NCBI RefSeq assembly: GCF_006345805.1
Contig: NC_043015.1
Location: 20,708,001-20,772,000, forward strand
Source of the DNA: Octopus sinensis
Lineage: Eukaryota
Direction: 5' to 3'
DNA: 64,000 bases
The position numbers and the translations under genes are program-made. The notes under the pieces were generated by a model that was not told the origin of the DNA, did no database searches, and saw only the letters and a program-made list of their open reading frames with translations. Shown in pieces: positions 1 to 12,277 of the stretch (the stretch's first letter is position 1; each line of letters begins with the position of its first letter).

Positions 1-27
1 CTCCCTGGATTAGATTACTCTACTAAG

Positions 28-47
28 TACACACACACACACACACA

Positions 48-110
<63 letters not shown>
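28..110. repeat. (CA)n microsatellite
   Basis: Near-pure CA run. Confidence 0.97.
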
Positions 111-112
<2 letters not shown>

Positions 113-299
113 TTTGGGGATTGTGATATTGACGTGCAAGTTGTGCTCTCACCTATTTAAGTGAATACACAGAGATATGGCCCCAGTTGACATTTTCATC
201 CCCTTGACATTCTCATCCCCTTGACAGGTCAAAAACTTTCGCATCTCTGATTTGGTTCATTACACAAAACTATAACTAGTTTCATTATTGAAAGAAACA

Positions 300-460
300 C
301 TACGACGACGAGGACGTGTGTGGAGAAGATAATGGCGACGGTGATGACGATTGTAGTAGCCGTGTCTGTATGATGATGATGATGATGATGGTGATGTTCA
401 GAATGCTGATGATGACAGTGAAGATGACGATAGTGAAGGTGATATTGATCTTGACGGTAG

Positions 461-497
<37 letters not shown>

Positions 498-732
498 ATT
501 GATGATGATGATGATGATGTTGATGATGATGATGATGATGAGTGTGATGATAATGATGATGATGATGGTGCGGACGAGTGTGATGAGGATGCCATGATAG
601 TGGTGATAATGATGATGATGATGATGATGAGGGCAACGACGTTGTTGATGGGGATAATGATAATGTGATGATGATGGAAGCAATAATGACACTGATGATT
701 ATAATGTTTACGAGTATGGCCATGATGATGGT
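300..732. repeat. Degenerate (GAT)n trinucleotide array
   Basis: Imperfect GAT/GAC/GGT repeats. Source of the poly-His, poly-Met and poly-Ile ORFs. Confidence 0.93.
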
Positions 733-737
733 CATCC

Positions 738-846
738 TTCAGAGTTCAAATTCCGCAGATGTCGACTTGAGTTTATTATCGTGTCCTCGGGGGTCGATTA
801 AATAGGGACAAGTCAAGTAACGAGGTCGATGTAATTGATTTCGCCC

Positions 847-880
<34 letters not shown>

Positions 881-1092
881 TATTATTAGGAAGATGCAGT
901 GAGTTGGCAGAATTGTTAGCACACCGTGGAAGATATTTAGCGGTATTTCGAGTTCAAATTCCGCAGAGGTCGACTTTGCCTTTCTTCCTTTCGGGGGTCG
1001 ATAAATATATGTGTACCAGTTGAACACTGGGGTCGATGTAATCGACTTACCTCTTTCTCCCAAATTGGTGCCCTTGTGGCAAAATTTGAAAC
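738..1092 (+). mobile_element. Two SINE family A units (fragment plus near-full copy) separated by (TTA)n
   Basis: B-box-like gagttcaaattcc and core gtcgactttgcctttc-tcctttcggggtcgataaa, shared with more than 15 copies in the window. Confidence 0.85.
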
Positions 1093-1164
<72 letters not shown>

Positions 1165-1555
1165 GGCGGCGAGCTGGCAGAAACGTTAGCACGTCGGGCG
1201 AAATGCGTAGCCGCATTTTGTCTGCTGTTACGTTCTGAGTTCAAATTCTACCGAGGTCGGCTTTGCCTTTCATCCTTTCGGGGTCGCTAAATTAAGTACC
1301 AGTTACGCACTGTGGTCGATGTAAGCGACTTAATCTGTTTGTCTGTCCTTGTTTGTCCCCTCTGTTTTTAGCTCCTTGTGGGTAGTAAAGAAATAGGTAT
1401 TCCGCCCGTCGCTACATTCTGGGTTCAAATTCCGCAGAGGTCGAATTTATCTTTCATCCTTTCGGGGTCAATATATATCAAGTACCAGTTGAGTACTGGA
1501 GTTGATGTAATCGACTATCCCCTCCCCAAATTTCAGACCTATAATAGGATTGATT
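1165..1555 (+). mobile_element. tRNA-derived SINE family A, dimeric form
   Basis: Starts ggcggcgagctggcagaaacgttagc, has B-box gagttcaaattc and the core. A second monomer follows ...aagaaataggtatt; ends in (ATT)n. Confidence 0.92.
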
Positions 1556-2284
1556 ATTATTATTATTATTATTACTCCTTCATACTTCATCCTTCGCACC
1601 GGTGGCAAATAAATTAAAACATCGATATTATTGGAAATAACTATAACTATTAGAAATCACAGAATGTGCTGACATAGACAAAAATGAAGCGTGTATTTAG
1701 TCTCAGCGCTTTACGTCCTGAATTCAATTCCCACTGAAACTACCTTTACCTTCCATTCTCTCGGGGACTACAATGACGAAGTAACTTCTATATGATTACA
1801 TTATTTGATCGATATCCCCCCAAAAAAGAAAAGCAAAGTTGACCAGTGTGAATTTGATCATAGGAAATAATTCATGGTGGTCCGCTCGACGCACCAGTGA
1901 CTGCCAAAACCTTGCTCTTAAATTTTTTTCTAGAGCATTGAATTAGGCCATTAAATCCTTTGGAAAGAAAGGCAACGTTAACCTTACCCCACTTGAATTA
2001 CACCTCAGAACGTAAAGAGACGAGAAACTAAAAAACTAAAAACACTAAAAAAACAAGCAATAATAAATCTCTGAACGAGGTATAAACAGTAGCTGCACGA
2101 CAATGTGCAGCCACATTTAAGTGGCAAATATACTTCACATTGTCGTGCAGCTACAGTTTACACCTCGTTCAGAGATTTATTATTGCTTGTTTACACCTTT
2201 TCGAGATCAGCGACTTTTCTTCACTGGAAAAGGGATATATGTATTTGCATTGGTACCCCTTCGCATCAACGACCGGTGATTGTC

Positions 2285-2327
2285 ATGCGCTGACAACGGG
2301 TAAATACCCAGAAACCCGGGTCTGTGC
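2285..2327 (+). ncRNA. Minimal type I hammerhead ribozyme motif, copy 1 (G8>A)
   Basis: CUGACAA-c-GGGU aaau ACCC-a-GAAAC-CCGG-GUC. Predicted cleavage after C2322; stem I is weak (G.U rich). Confidence 0.6.
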
Positions 2328-2638
2328 GTATCACGTCAGGTCGACGATGGGACGGATGGCCTCTCTTTGCAAATACTGATAGGGCACAGAAATTGTGTCA
2401 ATAGCCTGCTGGAGAAGTTCTCCTGGGGTTACAATCTACAGTAGCATCCACCCTTAATGGTTAGCCACATTTAAGTGACAAATATACTTCACATTGTCGT
2501 GCAGCTACTGTTTATACCTCGTTCAGAGATTTAGTATTGCTTGTTTACACTTTTTCGAGATCAGTGACTTTCCGTCACTGGAAAAAGGATATATGTATTT
2601 GCATTGGGACCATTTCGCATCGATGACTGGTGATTGCC

Positions 2639-2675
2639 ATGTGCTGACGGCGGGTAAATACCCAGAAACCCGGGT
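2639..2675 (+). ncRNA. Hammerhead motif, copy 2 (A9>G), truncated at the cleavage triplet
   Basis: CUGACGG-c-GGGU aaau ACCC-a-GAAAC-CCGG-GU. Homology to copy 1 ends here. Confidence 0.55.
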
Positions 2676-2724
2676 GTTACGCACACACGCATAAACACAC
2701 ACACATATACATGCACATAACAAG

Positions 2725-2880
2725 TTTATTTTCAGTATTCACTAGCAAACCCAATGACAATCTTTGGTCGGCCCGAAGCTATAGCAGGCGACAGCTACCC
2801 AATGTACCGCGCATAGGGGCTGAATGCAGAACCATGTAGTTGGAAAGAAAAATTCTTACCACACAGCCGTGCCTGTGCCT
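2725..2880 (-). mobile_element. SINE family B, decayed 5' half
   Basis: Reverse complement of the family B head (ggcacggctgtgtggtaag...ggttctgcattcagccc). Confidence 0.7.
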
Positions 2881-2883
2881 ACA

Positions 2884-2931
<48 letters not shown>

Positions 2932-3189
2932 ACTTATCAGGCGCAAAGACATTGCTCCTAGGTTGTAGATTGATTCTGTCGCAATAAGACAGGCATAAAT
3001 AATTTATTCAATCGATCCCTAATGAGTAATATTCAGCGTGGACATGAGCATAAAATTGAACTCGTAAGCTAAAGCCATGCAGTTAAAACGCTGTTAGTCA
3101 TTTGTTTCCTTGGCTGAACTGCTACTATTAATAACGAATAGACTATATAATTTTTGTGTGGATAATTAAATCAATAATGATTATGGTAT

Positions 3190-3760
3190 AAATGTTAAGA
3201 AATAATTTGGCGATGATGATGCTGCTGCTGATGAATCAGATGAAGCTGCTGCTGATGGTAATGAGGAAAAGGAAGTTACTACTGCTGCCGCTCTTGATAA
3301 TAATATTCTTGATGGTGCATCACGATAATGATGCTAATGATGACGCTGACGAGGATGCTGATCATGCAGTTAGTGGTGATGATAATGATTATGGCGATGA
3401 TGATCAGAGGTGTGAAGATGGTGCTTACGCTGCTGCTGTGAATTATGAGGATGACGATGGAAACAACGATGTTATTGTTGCTGTTGTTGTTGGTGGTGGT
3501 CGTGGTGACAGCGGCGCACTAATGATGCTGATCAGGCTGCTGATGAAGGCGCCGCTGTTATTATAGTTGCTGCTGCTGCTGCTGTTGCCAGAGTCAATGA
3601 TGTTGAGAGTCGTGGTGTATATTACCATAACAGTAATAATATTGATACTGACGTCTAAGGTGATGACGATGTTGTCGGCAATGTATTTGATGAAGTTTAT
3701 GATGATGATGATGATGAGGATGATGGTAATAAGTAGGCGAAGAGCGGGAAGGTAGGCAGC
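3190..3760. repeat. Degenerate (GAT)/(GCT)/(GTT) trinucleotide array
   Basis: Cryptically simple repeats that explain the low-complexity ORFs. Confidence 0.85.
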
Positions 3761-3919
3761 TTTTAAGAGAGGATATTTAGTCAATGACGCAGTAAATATC
3801 GTATAGAGATCAAAAGGTTTGGAAACAATTGAGAGACCGGGAAGAGTGGAATATTATTTTATCAATGAAAACAATTACGGGCGATGAAAATGTGGGTCGA
3901 AAGATAGAACACAGGCACA

Positions 3920-4581
3920 CAGATACACACACACACACACACACGCACACACACACACACACACACAAACACGCACACATATATATTTACAGGTATACCT
4001 ATACATATGCATATATATGCGTGTATATATGTATAGCCATCTCAGTATTGGCGTCTATATATAGATATATGCATACGCACATATGTAAGTCTCTTTCTCT
4101 CGATACACGCACATACACACACACACATGCACACATATATATATACGTATGTGTATATATATATATGTTTATATCTATCTCTCTATATATATATATGTAT
4201 ATATATGTATATACATATATATATGTATATACATATATATGTATGTATATACATATATATATATGTATATGCATATATATATATATGTGTGTATATACAT
4301 ATATATATTTATATGTATATACACACACATAATACGGACATGCACACATGCATATACCTACATAGATAGATACAAACATATATATGCGTGCATAGATCCA
4401 CAAGCACAAATACACACACGCGCACACATACACACACACGCACACACACACATACACACACATATATATATAGATGCGTAGATACACACATATATGCATA
4501 GATAGTTACATACATATACATATATGCGCGGATATATATATATATATATATATATAGACTGTGTGTGTGTGTGTGTGTATG

Positions 4582-4640
<59 letters not shown>
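3920..4640. repeat. Compound (CA)n/(TA)n/(TG)n tract
   Basis: Direct reading. Confidence 0.95.
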
Positions 4641-5969
4641 TGGATTTAGATTAAACGTGATTTGAGAAAAAGATTCTTTATGAAATCTCGTATATAGTGT
4701 TGGAAGCAAATAAATTTTCTGTTGTAATTAACTTTCGATAATGCAACCCCAATAAAACAAAACGAAAGCAAAAACGCTAACAAACATTAGAAAGAAAATA
4801 TAAAAAGACTAACAGAATATACGACCAAAATTATTACCATCAGCAATATCTACCATAATAGGCTATAGAACTACGACTACTACTACTACCACTGCCACCA
4901 CCTCCACTGCTGCTGCTAATTTTGATTCCGCTTAATAGCATACTACAAAAACTGCACAGCTCGGATAATTCAATAGCTTTACAAAATACCGTATCGCGGA
5001 ATATTAATCGGTTGCTTCTTGTGCAAATCACACAAATTTCGTTTAACTGCATAATTTCTTTTTTTCGGAATTTCGAGTAAAAATTAGAGAAATGTAGTGT
5101 AAAATTAAACGTTTTATTGATTTCATATGAATAAAGTGTTTCTGGAAGCTTCCGTTTTCATGATAAAGTTAAAATGACAGTAGTCGGTACTTGGTGTTTA
5201 CAAACAAACGTTATCAAACGAATAAAATATATTCAAAGTTATTCTTACGATTTCAATGAATGAAAGATGATTGATGTTCAGCTTCTGGTGTGTTTTTATC
5301 TCATATTTAATTGTGTAATATCATTCTTCAATAAACAAATCTTTATTGTAGATTTAAATTTGTGAAAAGATAGTTTTGAATTGAACGATGAAAGGAAGAC
5401 ATTTTGATGGTTTCATTATTGAGTATATTAACCTCTGAATGTTACAATTATATATATCTTTAATCTTTTATCTTTATTCTTCTTGCAGTCGCTCGACTGC
5501 GGCCATGCTGGGGTACCGCCTTGAAGAGTCCTACTCGAGTAAATCGACCCCATTTTTCATAGATTGTTTTCAAAGTCTGGCACTTACTCTATCAGTGTCT
5601 TTTTGCCGATCCTCTAGGTCAAAGGGACGTAAACAAACCAACATCGGTTGTCAGGCGTAGGAGGGAAAACACAAAGTCGCACACACATTAGGTCATTGAA
5701 TGCACAAAACTTGTCCTCATTTTACTGTAATTAGGTACAGGTAATTTTAAGAGAATATTAAATTGATCACAGGTATTTTATTTTATCGATGTGCTGGAAG
5801 GACAAAGTGCTGAATTGATCTCATCAGGATTAAACTCACAACATAAAGGGAGAAATTAAATACGGCAAGAAATCTTTTTGACCTACTTACTGTTCTGCTG
5901 ACCTAAGGATCCGTGAACTTCCCTAATCTTTTTTGCGGGTCGGGGGGTAATTGAAGAATAAATGACACA

Positions 5970-6605
5970 AATATGGCGGTGTTGTTAAAATTCTCGCGTT
6001 GCTACCACATAGTTTCGAGTTCAGTATCATCCCGCAACACCTTGACCAAGTCCCTTCTAATATAGCTCTGGGTCAACCAATGTCTTGTGAGGGAATTTGG
6101 AAGACAGGAAGCGTATGGCAGTCCATCGTGTGTGTGTGTGTGTGTGTAAGTGTGTGTGCTCGTGTTTGCAATTTTCCTCTCTTGATTAATGATGCTGGTT
6201 TGTTTTTGTTCGCGGTTCGGCAAGTGGATCATAGAATAAGTATCAAAGTATCAAAGGCGGTGAGCTGGCAGAATCATTAGCACGCGTGGCGAAATGCTTA
6301 GTGGTATTTCGTCTGCCGTTACGTTCTGAGTTCAAATTCCGCCGAGGTCGACTTTGCCTTTCATCTTTCCGGGGTCGATAAATTAAGTACCAGTTACGCA
6401 CTGGGGTCGATATAATCGACTTAATCCTTTTGTCCGTCCTTGTTTGTCCCCTCTATGTTTAGCCTCTTGTGGGCAATAAAGAGATAAGAATAAGTATTAA
6501 AATTAACAACAGCTGGAGTTGATCGGCTGGATGAAAGCCTTCAAGTTAGTGCTCCGCCGCGTTTGCAGTCCAGTGACTTATACAAATGGGAAACAAAATA
6601 AAGGT
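5970..6605 (+). mobile_element. Old SINE family B copy interrupted by a family A insertion
   Basis: B head and body at 5970-6250, B tail at 6487-6605. agaataagtat(c/t)aaa is duplicated around the insert. Confidence 0.75.
6256..6486 (+). mobile_element. SINE family A monomer
   Basis: Full head, core and long tail ending gtgggcaataaagagata. Confidence 0.92.
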
Positions 6606-6609
6606 CTAT

Positions 6610-7440
6610 CATTTCTGATTTCGCTTTACTCCTCTAATTCCTCCTTAGTCAATACATCATCATTTTTCTCGTCTTTTAGTTTTTCCAACAACCTTATTTA
6701 AGCATTCGCCATTCCTTCGAAGAACTGTGAATTTCATAGATTAAACGGTTGGCTCCTAAAATGATGGTGAATGAATCCTATAAGTTTTGAATCAAGCCCC
6801 AGTCTATTTTTGACCATTTTTCTCCGAATTTCATTTTCCTCAGGGACCATCTCCAGCGCAAGGATGTTGGCTGGGTCGTCTGGTGATACCCAATGACCCA
6901 TTCTCTGCTCGGGGACGATGAGATATTTTAATCATTTCCTCCCTCGAAATCAGCCCTTCATGTTGATCATACTGGGAAGGGGGCAAAACTGTTTCTGCTT
7001 TGGTCATTCTGGGAGGGCCAAAGTAGCAGGTTTAATAGGGATAATCTTCCTTCATAAGGCTCCGTTATTTTTGCCATTGTCCCTGCATGCCTTTTCCTTC
7101 CATATTTTCTCGTTTAATTTTTTCCTTTTGACCAGATATCCCTCAATTAGTTCTTTCTCAGATTTTCTGCCATCTTCCACCTGTTTAGTCAACACTTTAC
7201 CATATAGACAAAGCGTATTCGGTGTTATTTTGCATCTAGAAGTATCTTTATATTCGAACCAGTCACATGTTGTTGAGGGCCATTCACTCAGCACCTCTTT
7301 ATACTGTACCACTGAAGTAACAACAATGCAACAACCTACTCTCATCAATATCGTTGGCCATGAGCCTTGGATTCCTCTTGCACACAAAGTATGGCTAAAT
7401 ACTTGGCTGCGGTACAAATATTTTGCAATATTTTTATGAC
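6610..7440 (-). mobile_element. Unclassified decayed coding-like segment (probable TE remnant)
   Basis: Purine-rich, higher-complexity sequence with broken reading frames on the minus strand. No motif recognised. Confidence 0.25.
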
Positions 7441-7794
7441 AGATTTTGCAATTTTGGTTCAAATCTGATTGGTATAAATTGTGCCTTTCATCACTCCGGG
7501 GGGAGGGGGGCGATAAAACCAAGTACCATCTAAGGGGCGGAATCGATTTAATCGACTACGTATACTCCATCTGATTAATATATTTAGCTTCAAGCCTGAC
7601 ACAAATATTAGCACAGTATCAACAGCTTCCTCACCATTGACGTGATCGTGATCGTCTTCGTTCGAATCCTATTGCAGATGACCACAATCCATTGATGTTT
7701 TCATGATTAATGGCAGAGCATTGTCCGGATGATTGCCACTGGCCATCAACAGAATTTGATCCCAGGCCAGACAGAAAGAGAACACTTATCTTAA

Positions 7795-7992
7795 TTCTTT
7801 ATTGCCCACAAGGGGCTACACACAGAGGGGGACAAACAGGGACAGATAAAGGGATTAAGTCGATTATATCGCCCCCCCCCCACCAGTGCGTAACTGGTAC
7901 TTATTTAATCGACCCCGAAAGGATGAAATGCAAAGTCGATCTCGGCGGAATTTGAACTCAGAACGTAGCGGCAGACGAAATACCGCCAAGCG
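7795..7992 (-). mobile_element. SINE family A, 5'-truncated
   Basis: Reverse complement of the family A core and long tail. Confidence 0.9.
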
Positions 7993-8090
7993 ATTCTTTG
8001 CGTTCCGAGCTTTCAATGGTGAGTCCTATTTCGGTGCATTTACAAGTCCTTGACTGGAACTCAATTATTCCACCGACCGAGCAAGAATAT

Positions 8091-8163
8091 AAAAGCGAGA
8101 ACAAAAAAATAGTAGAAAGCGAGAACAGAAAAATAGTAAAAAGCGAGAACAAAAAATAGTAAA
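8091..8163. repeat. ~24-bp minisatellite x3 (aaagcgagaacaaaaaatagta)
   Basis: Three adjacent near-identical units. Confidence 0.85.
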
Positions 8164-9280
8164 AAATAAAAAAGAAAAGAAATCAGGGTGAGATTTGAAC
8201 TTCGATACTTTAAAATAAATTGTAACTTAATACCACAGCAATCTAGCAATTTTGACTCTACACCAACCACAAAACAGTTTCATAATAATATTATTAAGAG
8301 TAATACAGAAGGAAGAATAGAAATAATTGTTCAAAGCTATACCAATATATGAAATATTCAACAGTTAACGATTTATTCCACGTTTAAAAATGGTTCGCTA
8401 ATTCTTCACATGCTTTTCGCTTTGTTTGTTTGTTTTTGTTGATTTTGTTTTCAATTCTCTTCTGCATAAATAATCGGAATACTAAATGTTTTACGAAGCA
8501 AACGGTGATGCAATAACAACAACAGCAGCAGCAGCAGTAGTAGAAGTAGTAGTAGTAGTAGTGGTTGGACATTAGAATAAAATAACTGAATTTCATCTTA
8601 ATACGAAGCAACGAACAACAAAAGCACAAAAAATAACTATTTAAAAAATATTTTAAAAAATAACGTCTTTTTCTTCTGTTCCATGAAATATAAAATAGTT
8701 TGATAGTGTCTGTCTGTTTTTGCTCATTTTCCTGCCGTTGTTTTTGTTGTTTATATGCATCATGGCTTCTCTAGTTTTTAAAATTGTTTTGTCTTTCTTG
8801 CTTTTACAGATTTTTAACCACCACCACCACCACCACCAACACTACCGCCACTTTCATTTTCTTCATAGTTTTCTATCCTATTTGTTCTTTTCGTTTACTT
8901 TTAAAATAATTTTTTTTCCTCCTTGCCTTGTCATAATTTTCTTCCTCTGCTTTTCTTTCGTCACTTATTATTATTCTATAGTTTTGTATTTTTTTCATTC
9001 ACGCTCTTTTTCATTGTTTTCCTTCTATATTCCTCACTTTTTTCAGACTGCTTCCTCCCCACCTCTCTCTTATTTCTTTGGGGATGAAATAGATGGTGAT
9101 AAAAAAAAGGAAGAAAATAGAGAAAAAAGAAAATATTTTATGATGTGGAGTTAGAAGAGGAAAAAAAGATCAGTCAAAATTTCTTTCAGACAGAATTTTT
9201 GTCTTTCATCACACTTTTCGTCCACATTATATATATATATATATATATATATTCAGAAATGTGTGTACGTGTGTGTGTGT

Positions 9281-9324
<44 letters not shown>

Positions 9325-12037
9325 ATGTGTGTGTGTTTAAAAACTTTATTTATCATCGTCTCTTTCACACATGATTAAATATATTTTTATATTCAGAATA
9401 GACGATTGAATTGTATAAAAATAATAGTATAGATACATGGTCACCAGTATCCTCTTACATTACTGGTATTCATTTCATCAATAATCGTTTTTTGTAAAGC
9501 AATTGTTAACTACGAACCTTTTAGAATCCATCAAATAGACGCCCGCTATCGAATATTGTGATTTATGTGACATATATGGCGTTCTGGTTTTATGAAAAAT
9601 CCCTCATGATTGTGACAAGAAGCAAGGGAGTTGGAAAGCCATAATCTGCCCACCATTTCAATCTACGAGTTGACTTGAAAGCTCAGTTGAACAAAGGGGT
9701 ATAAGGCATCCACAAATATGGGCCGCACTTCTGGTCGAAGCACTTGCCAACTTTCCTCAAAGACAGTCGTCTTTTGTTGGGTTCCGCCTAGTACCTAGCT
9801 GCTACCGCGACCCCAAAATGTAGCTTGATAAACGTCTATATTGCGACAAACTGCTTCGACAAGCAACCCAAATAAGAAGGAGGTAGTAGTCGGGTATTAA
9901 AACCCTGATGATATGTCTAAAAGATGAGCAGTGGCCTTGTGAAGATTAACTCCAGCGATCTAAGCTGAAAAAAACCATAATGGCTTTAATGTTAAAAATG
10001 GCACTTTTGGCAAGATACGAGGAATGCTAATAAGCATGATATAACAAAATAGCAGACGAGGTCGCACTTTAGATAAACCTGCTGCCAACCGGCTTCTTAC
10101 TATCTGACCAGTAGTTCTAATCACACCTAGTCTAAGTCAAAATAAAAATCCTTTTTCAGTTGAATCGCATTATTCTGTGGACTGTTTCCAGGATATTAAA
10201 CTTTCCTCCAAAACGGAGGCATGAACAAACCTGCATGTTTTTTATCGCCTTCAAATAACACTTCTATTAGTTCTAGCCCCGAAGAAAAACATTATCTTTT
10301 AATAGAGCTTAGATTTTATCTTGTGAAATGTTTGTCTGTGATCGACTGTAAAATAAATAATTCCTGCCGCTTAGAAAATGGAACTTAGAAACCCGAAACA
10401 AATAAACTGTGGATAAAATAACGAATAATGTAACTTAATGATTCACTGTAAAACGCTACATTACATTCTAAAATAATGATTACCATATTTAAAATAGTGA
10501 ACACGAGCCTCAGATCACTATTTCGGCGGGAGGGAAATGATCGATTATGTCAACCTTAGTACTGATCCATCCACGGATGAATGCAAGACAACATTAGATT
10601 TAACAAGAATTGAAACCGGAACCTAAAAAGGCAGTAACATAATAATTCTGTTGGATGATCTACCGATTGTACTAATTCACTACAATTTTCACAGATATTA
10701 TTCTGATAAAAACACTATTTTGTGTTTTTTTTGTTTTGTTACTGGTTTGTCTTTATTTTTGGTATATGCAATATTCACGGTTGAATAAGCAATGCTATTG
10801 CAGTGTTTAGATGGTAATGTTTATGGAATTATGCAATTTTGGCACAAATTGTTGGGAGCAATATATCTATATTCCATGAAGCAGAGAAAGTTTATTCCAT
10901 TGCGAAATAAATATATCCTGTGACTATGCTAGAATCTTAATCACAAGATTTATAAGTAAGAGCAAATTTAATCAGAAGAATATCGAGAAATTTCTAAATG
11001 AATGAGGATTTTCGATAAATTCAAAAATGAATACATAATCACACACAAGAAAAAAAGAGAATATGTATATTTATACACACACGAAAAAAGAGAAATATAT
11101 ATATATTTATATATATGCTGAGTAAATAAGACAAATGACTGCTGGATAATAATCAGATAAGACAAAATAGATTTTAAATTAACTTATACGCTCGTGCTGC
11201 TTATATGAGGGTAGGTTCAGGTATTTTATTAAAGGATATTAATGAATAGAGAACAATGCAGACCTTTCCGTTAATAAAAGGTCTCGCATCAAATGACCTT
11301 ATTAGCCGCAGTACTATCTCTAGAGCTCTCTATTTTTCGAGACTGAAATATAATATTAGGAAATAAAACTTTTTTTGTCTCACATGGCGTCAAGTCAGTT
11401 GAAACTTCTTACAAACATGGCCCCCCTAATCCAATTGACGCTAGGCTGGCTTGTCCGTTTAAACTGTAATTATTTTTACGAAATATATTTACTGTGTTTT
11501 ATATAAATAGAAATGCAATTCATTCCATTTAATGACCTTATTTTTCTTTTAATAATGTTTGAGCAAAATGATTTGTTTACATGGAATGCTATAAATGTAC
11601 GAGATAGAAGGCAACGAGATGACAAATAAATAGATATAATATAACATAATATATATAGATATAAGTTACTGTAAAATATAGAGCTACAGATAAATTAAAT
11701 GGCCGACGAGACTTTGGTTCATGTCAAATCAACAGCACTGTACAATACAAAATGGAAAAAGTAATTTAAATTTCCAATATCTCCCGAAGCATGATGTAAG
11801 CAGCGAATTGGTAGAGCTTGAAAAAATGCCTCGCGTCGTTTGTTGCGGTTCACTGGGATTTCACTTAAATTTCCCCCAGATCAAATTCGTTTTGAGTTTC
11901 GATAAATTAAAGTAGCTGTCCAGGATAGCGAAGCGTTAGAATTATTAGCGCATCGAACAAAATGCCATTTCGTATTTTCGCGGTGCTTTGGTATTTTAGA
12001 GGATTTCATCCTTTAAAGACGCAAACTAAGCATTTAA

Positions 12038-12270
12038 GACAGGTTTCGGTCTAGCTAGACCGTTCACCCGTCCTCCTTCTTGTCTCAGAGGCGCTGAACA
12101 AGTTAAAGTGTGATGGGCACTATCCTCCCTTTCACATTCCTCAGTTTTGGTTTTCAAGAAAGAATCTCTATCGGAGAAATACATCTTTTACAGTATATCA
12201 TATCCATAGCGAAAGCCTCTCTCAAATTTTTGTTTCCATTTATTGAAGGAAATATTTCGCAAATATTGGT
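12038..12270 (-). mobile_element. Penelope-like element 3' end: GIY-YIG C-terminal remnant plus decayed hammerhead
   Basis: Minus-strand peptide NKNLREAFAMDMI...KPKL resembles the PLE endonuclease end. Downstream is CGGGUGA-ac-GGUCU agcu AGACC-GAAAC-CU-GUC. Confidence 0.45.
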
Positions 12271-12277
12271 TTCAAAT

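Larger units (their letters stand above)
2051..2675 (+). mobile_element. Non-autonomous Penelope-like/retrozyme-like element: 354-bp unit in partial tandem with 5' inverted repeat
   Basis: Direct repeats 2111-2321 and 2465-2675 (period 354). 2051-2107 is the reverse complement of 2136-2192. Each direct repeat ends in a hammerhead motif. Confidence 0.7.

Noticed and set aside
229-735. 168-aa poly-His ORF and overlapping poly-Met/poly-Ile ORFs
   Set aside because: Translations of a (GAT)n array; open in several frames for compositional reasons.
3829-4521. HT/YI/CV-repeat ORFs here and at 17338-18009, 30034-30612, 46519-47046 and elsewhere
   Set aside because: Dinucleotide microsatellites lacking stop codons; no coding signal.
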